Of a stretch of 64,000 nucleotides of DNA, positions 49,450 to 58,439 are shown in pieces. The translations under genes were made by a program, and so were the position numbers. The notes under the pieces were generated by a model. That model had not been told where the DNA came from and made no database searches. It saw only the letters and a list, made by a program, of their open reading frames with translations. Where the stretch lies: the IMG/VR virus record IMGVR_UViG_3300036766_000837, positions 1 to 64,000 of that record; one strand, 5' to 3'. Positions within the stretch are counted from its first letter, which is position 1; every line of letters begins with the position of its first letter. The DNA comes from a virus.

Positions 49450-50064
49450 TCATATCCCATAATCTTCCCAACGCACCACCCTTATAAGTTCTGCGCCACG
49501 TATATTCCTATGGTTATAGAATCTCCAATCCAAGAAGTTCAATAACTCTATCGCCTTTCTTCCTCGCCAATTTATTCTATAGGTTGTAAAACCATTCTTT
49601 CTTACCTCCACTCTAAATTTTCCGCCGAACATTTTTTGTAATTTTAGTACACCGATTTTGTTGACATTAGATAATGCTATATATGGCTGCCCCCTATCGA
49701 TATCCACATTTCCAATAGAATCTATAATCGCCCGCAAATATTCTTTTTGCCCCTCAAATCCCCAGACCGTAATAGTTGGCACATTCCAATCATCAGAATG
49801 AAATTTTTTAAATCCCAAATCAATCAATTTATCGTGTAATTCCTTAGAACTAAATTGTAATCGCCCTTTCCGACTTCCTTCATTTATTTCCCTTCCTAAA
49901 ATTCTATTTATTAATTCATTCATATCACTAATCTGATTAGTAGAAAAACCAAACCTATAGTCTATATTGATTAAGGGCGGTTTCGGTTTTCGAATAAAGG
50001 TATTTCCTTCAAGTTGAGAATACACCCCTATTCGAATTAAATCTGAAAATATGCTACCTACCAT
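49450..50064 (-). CDS. Degenerate LAGLIDADG-domain protein
   Basis: EYLRAIIDSIGNV helix followed by beta strands. Confidence 0.6.
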   Translation of the reverse strand: MVGSIFSDLIRIGVYSQLEGNTFIRKPKPPLINIDYRFGFSTNQISDMNELINRILGREINEGSRKGRLQFSSKELHDKLIDLGFKKFHSDDWNVPTITVWGFEGQKEYLRAIIDSIGNVDIDRGQPYIALSNVNKIGVLKLQKMFGGKFRVEVRKNGFTTYRINWRGRKAIELLNFLDWRFYNHRNIRGAELIRVVRWEDYGI

Positions 50065-50849
50065 TTAGTTTCTCCAAAAACATCCACTTCAATCTTCCTA
50101 TTTTTAGCGCCAAAATGAATTAAGGCAGCGCCATCCAATGTGGGATTGTATAGAGCCACCCTTGAATAATCTGGTTCAGTAATAAAACCTCCACTTCTAA
50201 TTAAGTGAACGATATAACGCTTCTCATCGCCATCTATAACCCGTTTCTTAACAATGGCTTTATGGGCTAGATGATGATTATTTCCCATAACGATAACATC
50301 GGCGTCATCATAGACGCCATATCTCTTTTCCAATTCCGTAAATGGGTTAACCGTAACGGAATATCCATGGAATATGGCCAACTTGTAAGTCTGAGAACCA
50401 ACATTAACAATCAAGTAACCACCATGGTTATTATAGAAACATCCCATCTCTCTGGCAAAATGCTCCGCCATATCAAAACCCGTCTTTTTCCAGACGCGAG
50501 CATCATGATTGCCGGTAATAGAGAAAAGAATCTTATCCCTGAAAGGCAACAGATATCTAAGAGACTCCTTGTATTGGTCTCCTGTGGAAAATTCTATCTC
50601 GAATACTGATTCCTCTATACGAGAAGGAATTGCTACTTCCCACAAATCTCCACCTAAAGTAAAATAGGCATTTAAATCGTCGGCCAATTCTAAATACTTT
50701 TCAAATAATGGGCGGTTGAAACATTCATGCCCGATATGAGGATCAGAGAGCAAAAGTAAACTAGCTTTATCCCCATTAGGATTTAATGTTAGGTTTGGCA
50801 CCGCCCCGCCCCGATGAGTGGAACATACCTTATTAAGATTCCAATTCAC
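50058..50849 (-). CDS. Calcineurin-like metallophosphoesterase
   Basis: SDPHIG..GGD..GNHD..FHG..GNNH. Confidence 0.85.
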   Translation of the reverse strand: MNWNLNKVCSTHRGGAVPNLTLNPNGDKASLLLLSDPHIGHECFNRPLFEKYLELADDLNAYFTLGGDLWEVAIPSRIEESVFEIEFSTGDQYKESLRYLLPFRDKILFSITGNHDARVWKKTGFDMAEHFAREMGCFYNNHGGYLIVNVGSQTYKLAIFHGYSVTVNPFTELEKRYGVYDDADVIVMGNNHHLAHKAIVKKRVIDGDEKRYIVHLIRSGGFITEPDYSRVALYNPTLDGAALIHFGAKNRKIEVDVFGETKW

Positions 50850-50922
50850 ATCAGTTTCATTTGGGTGATATTTACTGGTTGCTATGTTTAGTCACTCCTT
50901 TCCACAACCAAAACTTATTCTA

Positions 50923-51297
50923 TCATATTTTGCCACCATCTTGAATGTATTGCCCCTTAGGATTCCGTTTTCTTGTGGCAGATAACGTTTGATGCTTTTT
51001 TGACATCATAGCACGACTTTTGCGCCCCTGAGTTTTTCCGAGACGATGAATTTGTTGATGTTCACTCGAATTGCAACGGAAAAGATTCCAAATTTCATTA
51101 CATTGTTTATCTTCGTTAACATGATGGACAACTTCGATTTCGGGGTCAAGATATCTTTGTAGATAATTTTCCATAACAAGACGATGTAAAAGCATGTAAC
51201 CGTCATTGTTATATGGGTGTTCGGGGAAATATACCTCTAAATATCCCGCACTATTCTCTTTAATTAATCTTCCTGTCCATTCATGAGTTTGCCACAT
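50923..51297 (-). CDS. HNH endonuclease
   Basis: HRLVME..VVHHVNEDKQCN..NL..H. Confidence 0.88.
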   Translation of the reverse strand: MWQTHEWTGRLIKENSAGYLEVYFPEHPYNNDGYMLLHRLVMENYLQRYLDPEIEVVHHVNEDKQCNEIWNLFRCNSSEHQQIHRLGKTQGRKSRAMMSKKHQTLSATRKRNPKGQYIQDGGKI

Positions 51298-51306
51298 GTC
51301 TTCCTC

Positions 51307-51822
51307 TTAAGGTGTCGGATTGGTATCAGAATCTAATTCATTGTCTTCTACAGGTTTTACTCCTACGGCTAGTATATCAAAATGAAACTCTTTGCCTCGT
51401 TCGATAGTCATATCTTTATAGATTGTAGCTCTATACACAACTTTTTCAGGAGTTACATTCGTTAATATTACAGATAATGGGAGGGTTCTGTTATCTCTAT
51501 GCGTCATAATCACTGCTGGCTGATAATCTCCATCCCAATAATTATTGCCTGGAAAATCATATGTTTTTTCAAAAGATGGATACTTGCCGTCAATATAAAT
51601 AAGGTCACTTCCCGGAGTTTCAGTTATCTCTCGCGCAAATAACGCGGCATGATTAACTATCCATTTTGTATCTCTAACTTCTTTAGTTGCCGGATTAACA
51701 TTACTAATCTTAAATTCTATGAGGTCATCATTCAAGAAGATATGGTTTTGAATCATCTGGTTCAATAAATCGGCGGTAATGTCCTGATTAGGCTCCCATA
51801 CGACCGTATTATATTTCGGCAT
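51307..51822 (-). CDS. Putative minor tail protein
   Basis: W....ITA..LNQM N-terminus; paralog of 51823..52305. Confidence 0.6.
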   Translation of the reverse strand: MPKYNTVVWEPNQDITADLLNQMIQNHIFLNDDLIEFKISNVNPATKEVRDTKWIVNHAALFAREITETPGSDLIYIDGKYPSFEKTYDFPGNNYWDGDYQPAVIMTHRDNRTLPLSVILTNVTPEKVVYRATIYKDMTIERGKEFHFDILAVGVKPVEDNELDSDTNPTP

Positions 51823-52305
51823 TTAGAGCTTAACCCCCATGGCTATATAACAGACAAAGAAATCCATATCCGGATCAAAATCAACATTAGAAACTCCCCT
51901 GATACTAACGGTAAATGAGGCATTAGTTATCTCTCTTAAGACCCAAGTTATCTCCTTCACTTTTTTAATCCCAACACTACATATAACTACAGGTCTAAAA
52001 TCGGGGTGAAAGAAATCGCGGGGAAAAGGAATCTCCCTTTCAAATACGGTAGATGTTTTATCAGAACCTTCTTGCGCCGCATTAGGAGTTTGCTTTACAG
52101 GACTGATTTCTTTATACCCGGAAACCAGGGCAAGATTATCTTTGATATATCTAAGGCCGGTTCTTTCATTGCCATTCGGCGCGATGTTGCGAAGAGCGCC
52201 AGATACCTTCCTATCTTTCAGGAAATCATCATTTTTCGCCATCTGATTCAATTTTTCACTCGTGATTATCTCTTCAGGAGCCCAAGTTACAGGGTCAAAT
52301 ACCAT
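51823..52305 (-). CDS. Putative minor tail protein
   Basis: VTWAPEEIITSEKLNQM; located in the tail module. Confidence 0.6.
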   Translation of the reverse strand: MVFDPVTWAPEEIITSEKLNQMAKNDDFLKDRKVSGALRNIAPNGNERTGLRYIKDNLALVSGYKEISPVKQTPNAAQEGSDKTSTVFEREIPFPRDFFHPDFRPVVICSVGIKKVKEITWVLREITNASFTVSIRGVSNVDFDPDMDFFVCYIAMGVKL

Positions 52306-52339
52306 AAAAACCTCCCATTAATTTATTATACATCATTTC

Positions 52340-53347
52340 TTATCCCCACCCATCCCCTATATTTAATGAAATTCCCCAACCAGCCCCACCAACTCCCCCA
52401 GGTTGCCTCCAAACAACGGCATGATAACGGGGAGAGAGATTATTATCATCAGATTGACCAACAATTGTTGTTCCACAAATACCCCAGCTCCCATCTCGTG
52501 GATATGTCAATGTAGTACTAAGTTTGGGTAACACTATAGGGAGCCCCAATGGGTCTGTTGCGTAATCCCAATATACTCCTCGATATCTAGATGTACCTCC
52601 ATAAGTAGAAGAACCTACAATAATACTGGAGTCAGTAATAGCCCGAGCTTCATTATATGTTCCTACAAATGGTAATATAGTTGGCACCCCGGCATTCCAA
52701 ATTACAGCATTATGATTTCCATAAGTTGAACTTTCAGTCCATCCAACAATCTGACCCAAGTTGTTTATTCCAAAAGCTTGACCGTGTATTTGGCCAGGAG
52801 GTAATGTTAAAAGAGATGGAGTAATTCCATTCCAAACAACTGGATAAGGGGCACTTGAATTATTATAAGAATAACCACAAATAACTGCCGAATCATTAAT
52901 GCCCCTAGCAACACACATATTATAATAAGGATTCAAAGAAGTATCTATTGTTCCGTCCCATCTAATGGCGGTCGTCGCATAAGAACCTATTGACTGTCCA
53001 TTTTGATTAATTCCATAACCATATGCGTGATTTCCACTTCCAGGATTATCGAGGGCGGTTGGGGTTGTTCCGCTCCAAACACAAGCTCGTCTATACCCCC
53101 CGGTAGCTGTAGAACTACCAACTATTTGTCCAGAATTATTGATACCATAAGCATTTGCATTTGTCCCTCCAGGAAGGAAACTAAGCTGGGTTGGAATCTC
53201 ATTGTCCCATCTCACAGCATAAATAGGAAAGGGAGATACAGGGTTTTCAATCCATCCTACAATTATTCCTGAATTATTAATTCCCAAAGCTGCTGACGTT
53301 TCAGGAGAAAATAATGAACCAAGTTGAGTTATAGTATATAATTCCAT
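52340..53347 (-). CDS. HAF-repeat (A.GINNSGQIVG) beta-propeller-like protein
   Basis: About 7 repeats of A.GIN..G.IVG...AV.W. Confidence 0.8.
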   Translation of the reverse strand: MELYTITQLGSLFSPETSAALGINNSGIIVGWIENPVSPFPIYAVRWDNEIPTQLSFLPGGTNANAYGINNSGQIVGSSTATGGYRRACVWSGTTPTALDNPGSGNHAYGYGINQNGQSIGSYATTAIRWDGTIDTSLNPYYNMCVARGINDSAVICGYSYNNSSAPYPVVWNGITPSLLTLPPGQIHGQAFGINNLGQIVGWTESSTYGNHNAVIWNAGVPTILPFVGTYNEARAITDSSIIVGSSTYGGTSRYRGVYWDYATDPLGLPIVLPKLSTTLTYPRDGSWGICGTTIVGQSDDNNLSPRYHAVVWRQPGGVGGAGWGISLNIGDGWG

Positions 53348-55101
53348 TATGTTGTCCTTTCAATCTTTAATATGAATTGATAGTCTTTCCCCGCAGTTGC
53401 AGCTATTGTTTCACATTCAATCTCAAGCAAATCTCCATCCTTAATTGAGATGGTTTGAAAAGCGCTTGTGGAACCCGAAGTATCTCCACTATTAAAAATA
53501 AGTTTATCTGCATCATTTGCAAACACACTTGTAAACGCCCCCGACCCAGATTTAACCAATAAATCAAATCTGTCCTGATTTCCGCTTGGAGCGGTTCCAG
53601 CATGCCCCACCCATTTCAAAAGGTCGAAATCATACATCGCCTCAAATTGTTTGGGGTATACTTTTATCTCCGCCGAATTATCAATATGGAATAAAATAGT
53701 ATCGGCATCAATATCTGATTTGCTACCTTCAGGGGCAACATCGGGATTAGAATTTCCAGTAAGTGTTGCAGGAACCCATTTACTCTTATTTCCGGAATTA
53801 TCTACATTTCGAACTCTACCGTAGTATTTTGTCTTTCTGTGTGGAGCTTTAAAACCTCTATGAGTTTTTGGAACGTATTTATCTTTCTTTACGATATGGT
53901 CTCGATGAAAACTATCATCATCAGCCATCTGAATTTGGCTATAAGATATATCTTCGTTCTCACCTTCTATTTCATAGAAAGCATCTGAAAACGTGGTTGC
54001 AAAAGTATCATATATATAAAGTATTGTATCAGGATTGTCAGTATCTAAATAAAACACATCATATTGATAGTTATCAACCCATATGGTATCCCCCTCTCCA
54101 AGTTCTGATAAGAATAGTGTTCCCACTCCTGTAAGGGTGTCTGTTCCAATCGTGGCAGATACCGTTCCTGTCCCTAAATCTTTCTCTATCGGCTGGTCCC
54201 AGGTAAATTCGATTCTTTTAACTCCTGGGTCAATAGTCACATTTATAGGTGTTGGGGGTTTTTCTGTATCTGCCGCTCTTGTTGGTTCAGACCATGCCCA
54301 AACTCCTCTTTTCCCGTGCCTAACGGCCCTAATTGCAACTTTCCACCATTGCCATTTGTGAATACCTATAAAACGAGCCTTACAAAGAATATCTTCATCT
54401 TTATCTTTTGCCTCAACAGTTATTTTTCTGGCATAATCATCATCTTCAAAGACACCATTTTTCATATCCCATCGCCAAAGTTGAACAACATAAAAATCTA
54501 CATCTGACTCACAGGAGGGGAGTATTACTTCGTCCCAAAGAACGGTCATTCGAATTTTTCTTGATTTATTTTTTTCAACAGTATCATAATTAAAGTGAAT
54601 TCCCGTAACAGCGGGAATATCTGTTGATTTCATCGTTTTATAAATAAGAGGAATGTTCAACCAGGGACCATTTTCGGTTCCCAAAACAACTCTGACACTT
54701 ATCATATAAGTAGTATCATAATCAAGATTCCTAAAAATTTTTGTTACAATTTCGCCAGAAATTCCCTCAAATCCAGAAGAATCCTGTTCTGGCATGTCGT
54801 CAGAAATTTCTTCTATCGAAAACTCATATTCTATATCGTCAATTGGAGCCTTAAGATATTGGATTTCTATATTTGGCCATGAATGTTTCCCTTCACATTT
54901 GACAAATTCATTTAAAACGATTAGGTGTGGAGGAGTAAAAATTCCTAATACACGGGGGTCCTCATCATTGTCTTCATCATCGCCCGGAGAACCTTCTCCA
55001 TCAGCACATGACAAAATATCATCAGTTATATCCTCTCTAGGAAGATAATATTTCCTTAAGTTTTCTAATATTTCATCGCCGCTATTGAATTCATCAGGCA
55101 T
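53347..55101 (-). CDS. Fibronectin type III-containing tail protein
   Basis: NLDYDTTYMISVRV, PPTPINV..FTWD, YYGRVRNVDNSGNKS.W. Confidence 0.7.
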   Translation of the reverse strand: MPDEFNSGDEILENLRKYYLPREDITDDILSCADGEGSPGDDEDNDEDPRVLGIFTPPHLIVLNEFVKCEGKHSWPNIEIQYLKAPIDDIEYEFSIEEISDDMPEQDSSGFEGISGEIVTKIFRNLDYDTTYMISVRVVLGTENGPWLNIPLIYKTMKSTDIPAVTGIHFNYDTVEKNKSRKIRMTVLWDEVILPSCESDVDFYVVQLWRWDMKNGVFEDDDYARKITVEAKDKDEDILCKARFIGIHKWQWWKVAIRAVRHGKRGVWAWSEPTRAADTEKPPTPINVTIDPGVKRIEFTWDQPIEKDLGTGTVSATIGTDTLTGVGTLFLSELGEGDTIWVDNYQYDVFYLDTDNPDTILYIYDTFATTFSDAFYEIEGENEDISYSQIQMADDDSFHRDHIVKKDKYVPKTHRGFKAPHRKTKYYGRVRNVDNSGNKSKWVPATLTGNSNPDVAPEGSKSDIDADTILFHIDNSAEIKVYPKQFEAMYDFDLLKWVGHAGTAPSGNQDRFDLLVKSGSGAFTSVFANDADKLIFNSGDTSGSTSAFQTISIKDGDLLEIECETIAATAGKDYQFILKIERTT

Positions 55102-55125
55102 TACAAATAAAATTCCTCCATTAAA

Positions 55126-55770
55126 TTATACACTAATCAGACTATCCATATCTTGATCAACAAAGAATATTTCATATACCAACCCATCTATATTTTGATT
55201 TATTAGATATTGTTCACTTATTAAACTATCCATACTATGATTAATCAAAAATGTCTGACACACCAATCCCTCTATATTTTGACCTATCGAGAACCTTCTA
55301 AGTAACAGACTGATGACATTTTGAGGTTTTGAAGACTGTAGAAGTTTCAAACTGGTTATACTTTGAGTAGCCCTAAATCGGCAGAGTATCAACCCCTCTA
55401 TATTTTGATTTATCCAAACATGTCCAATAATATCTACTATCATATCTGAATATTTATATACTTGATAGAAAATATTTGCCAATACAACAGAATATTGATG
55501 TAATGGTAATCCCCGGATTGAACTATCAAACCTATGAGTTCTTCTAATATTATAAGGAATTAATACATCTATTGCCGAAAAAATGGTAGGTTTCTTCAAA
55601 AGAGAATCAATATTAGAATATATAGATACCTGTCCAGAAATATATGAGGAAAGATATGTTTCAATATTTTTATACCCCACTAACACCCTAAGACGATGAT
55701 ACAAAGTATATGTAGTTAACCCTAATTTTATATTAGAATTAACACTAGCATAAACTATTGAACGTCTCAT
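55126..55770 (-). CDS. Hypothetical protein with 14-aa C-terminal repeats
   Basis: INQNIEGL-type repeats. Confidence 0.5.
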   Translation of the reverse strand: MRRSIVYASVNSNIKLGLTTYTLYHRLRVLVGYKNIETYLSSYISGQVSIYSNIDSLLKKPTIFSAIDVLIPYNIRRTHRFDSSIRGLPLHQYSVVLANIFYQVYKYSDMIVDIIGHVWINQNIEGLILCRFRATQSITSLKLLQSSKPQNVISLLLRRFSIGQNIEGLVCQTFLINHSMDSLISEQYLINQNIDGLVYEIFFVDQDMDSLISV

Positions 55771-58019
55771 GTTGCCGCCCTACCCAATATTTCATATATC
55801 TCTTGTTCTCCCGCTTTAGACCTAAGAGTTAAACTCTGTGTAAAATTAGAACTATCCATTCCCAAATTTATTGCGGTAATATGGAAATTCCTATTACGCA
55901 ATCCTAATCTTCCATAATCTATAATAACCATATCTCCGAGTTGTAGATGAGGAACAGCAAAAGTGTTGGCATTCACAAATATAATTGGAGACGAATACAC
56001 CGCAATAAGATAGTCAAGGAGTTGCTGGGCATGTTTTTTCGATTGAACCCATTGTAAATTAAGTTCCAACTTTTGCCGACCATATTTCCTTATGGAATCA
56101 TCGTTCTGCTTCTTCTTGGTATCAGATGTTGAATCCTGTTTGAATGCTTTGCCAATTATGATAAAGAATTCGGGAAGATTTTCAATGGCTTTCTTTATCT
56201 GCGCGCCCTCAATGATTATCGTCCCGTTATAATTATTTAATACATATATTTTTGCACTAGCAGGACTAAAATCGAATGAGATAACCTCGGCATATGCTTC
56301 GTTCGTTAATATATAGGTGATATTTTTAGCGGGGCCGACAGTATAATCTATATCGAATTCTCTAATTTCATATACTATGGTGGTTGGGTCGTGGGAAGCA
56401 GGGTTGGTATTTAATTTTCCACGTTCACAGTTATGTAATCTATTGTTATCCCTGTCATTATCACTATATTTTATTATTTCACTATTAATTTTGAAATAAC
56501 CTTCATCTGGCCAATCTTCTGAATCAACAACAAGGATACTGGTTTCAGTTGTATCCACTACTTCCGTAGTGTTGGTGGCTCTAAGCACCGTAGGATCATC
56601 TGCTTCCCACAACGCAACCGTCTCAGACAACTCAGGAATGATATATTCCAATGAAAAATCATTTTTAAGGAGTTCTGTTGACCACTGTGCTGTCTGAATC
56701 TCGTTATCCTCCATTAAGGTCTTAACTGGCACCATATCTGGATATGCCGGGTCGGTTAAGGATTCCTTTATCTTAAAGTTGAAGTATCCATTTTCATCAA
56801 AATAATATACACCTAAATCTATAACCGCTATCTGCTGTAGGAAGTCCCAAAATGTTTGACCTTCAGTTGTCCAAATAAGATTATGTCCGGGAACACAAAC
56901 CAGTTCATCTATATTTACGATTGTTGCTCTATCGTGTTCTGCCAGATCATTATAGTTCAGCGTTGATGTGTCAATTATGAATTTTAGGATTCCCGCCTTT
57001 TCCGCGATATCTCTAACAATATCTGATATGAGCCATTTATCATAAAGCATTTGGGGGATTTCTGTTTCTTGCAAAATCTTTGACATATCCCTCAAGGAAA
57101 CTTCCATCGTGGCTGTATTGTCAGACATACTCCAAGTATCTACATAAAATTCTCCTTGCTTCATATATTCATAAGTGGTATCCGCAAGTTTAAACCCTGA
57201 ATATATATCAAATTTAGTATTTTGAAGGAGCAAGGAGAAGTATGGACCAGTCTCATACTCATTATTATATTTATCTTCACTGTTATCAAGACTTATGCTT
57301 GCAGAGTTGGCAGAGGAGATTCCGATAGGATTCACCGTTGTACTTGAAAGATCACGTTCCTTCCTTACACTCCATGAAATTACATCATCTGATACATCAA
57401 CCTCAATGGCAGCATCAATCTCATATATCTGCGCTCTCCCCGGAATCGAGATTGAATTAACTTTGACTCGGATTGCATTTATCTCGGTTGTGTATGTTCT
57501 ATTTACAATATCAGACCATGTAAGCCCATTAGCAGTTTGTAGATATATATCTGTCTTATAGTCTCCTGGATCATAGTTAGTAACTGCGTTATAATAACTT
57601 CCACCAATTTTTATATCTATAGTTACTGAGGTTATCATGGAGACAAAAATATCTGAAGTAAGGAGAATTTTATTACAGGTAACCGGCTCTGGGTATGTAA
57701 CCTCAATCTCTAATGGCGGCGAAAAATCTCCACCAGAATCAGATTCCGTATCACTGGACCAAGGAACCCTATTATCCAATTCATCAGTTGGCCAAGTCCT
57801 TGCCCAATCATCTGTGCGATAATAATTCGAATCCGTTACGGCAAATTTCATCGAAGGATCATATACTCCATCCACAATCCTATTTTTCCTTACATCATTA
57901 TCACATGTAACTACAGGTTCATATACTCTATTATTGGAAAGATACATTATTATTTTTGATTTTGGATAGACACCTGACGCTGCTAATGCGGTTTCGAGGT
58001 CATCAGTGATTATCTGCAT
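55767..58019 (-). CDS. Minor tail / baseplate hub-like protein
   Basis: 750 aa; SIRKYG..PHLQLGD; two genes after the tape measure. Confidence 0.7.
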   Translation of the reverse strand: MQIITDDLETALAASGVYPKSKIIMYLSNNRVYEPVVTCDNDVRKNRIVDGVYDPSMKFAVTDSNYYRTDDWARTWPTDELDNRVPWSSDTESDSGGDFSPPLEIEVTYPEPVTCNKILLTSDIFVSMITSVTIDIKIGGSYYNAVTNYDPGDYKTDIYLQTANGLTWSDIVNRTYTTEINAIRVKVNSISIPGRAQIYEIDAAIEVDVSDDVISWSVRKERDLSSTTVNPIGISSANSASISLDNSEDKYNNEYETGPYFSLLLQNTKFDIYSGFKLADTTYEYMKQGEFYVDTWSMSDNTATMEVSLRDMSKILQETEIPQMLYDKWLISDIVRDIAEKAGILKFIIDTSTLNYNDLAEHDRATIVNIDELVCVPGHNLIWTTEGQTFWDFLQQIAVIDLGVYYFDENGYFNFKIKESLTDPAYPDMVPVKTLMEDNEIQTAQWSTELLKNDFSLEYIIPELSETVALWEADDPTVLRATNTTEVVDTTETSILVVDSEDWPDEGYFKINSEIIKYSDNDRDNNRLHNCERGKLNTNPASHDPTTIVYEIREFDIDYTVGPAKNITYILTNEAYAEVISFDFSPASAKIYVLNNYNGTIIIEGAQIKKAIENLPEFFIIIGKAFKQDSTSDTKKKQNDDSIRKYGRQKLELNLQWVQSKKHAQQLLDYLIAVYSSPIIFVNANTFAVPHLQLGDMVIIDYGRLGLRNRNFHITAINLGMDSSNFTQSLTLRSKAGEQEIYEILGRAAT

Positions 58020-58022
58020 TGT

Positions 58023-58439
58023 CTATTGCTCAATCAGGGAGAGCGTTATATCCCAATATTGAGCGCCCCACCTCTTAGTTAAAGTTTCTTGATATTCTTC
58101 TATGAAGACCATCACAACAACATCAGTCTGAATGTTAGACGAATTAACTTCTTTATATGTAAGAGTTACTGTTGTCCCGATATTAGCATCATAAAAAGCC
58201 TTTAAGGAGTTTCTCCCTGCTTTTCCATCTACGGTTTGGGTATCTATGGCCGGTAGAAACGTCCAGCTAGTGCTAAATGTTCTTTTTTCCGCAACAAAGT
58301 ATCTTCGTGTTTTTCCTGTTGCAGTTACATTATCCGTCTTAATGGGAATAAAGGCTATTACAAATTGGGCGCGATTATGTTCACTAAGTTCTGTAGAATT
58401 TAGTTTTACAAGAGAACCTTTTGGAAGTGTGAGGACCAT
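58023..58439 (-). CDS. Distal tail-like protein
   Basis: Directly follows the tape measure; ends WDITLSLIEQ. Confidence 0.6.
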   Translation of the reverse strand: MVLTLPKGSLVKLNSTELSEHNRAQFVIAFIPIKTDNVTATGKTRRYFVAEKRTFSTSWTFLPAIDTQTVDGKAGRNSLKAFYDANIGTTVTLTYKEVNSSNIQTDVVVMVFIEEYQETLTKRWGAQYWDITLSLIEQ

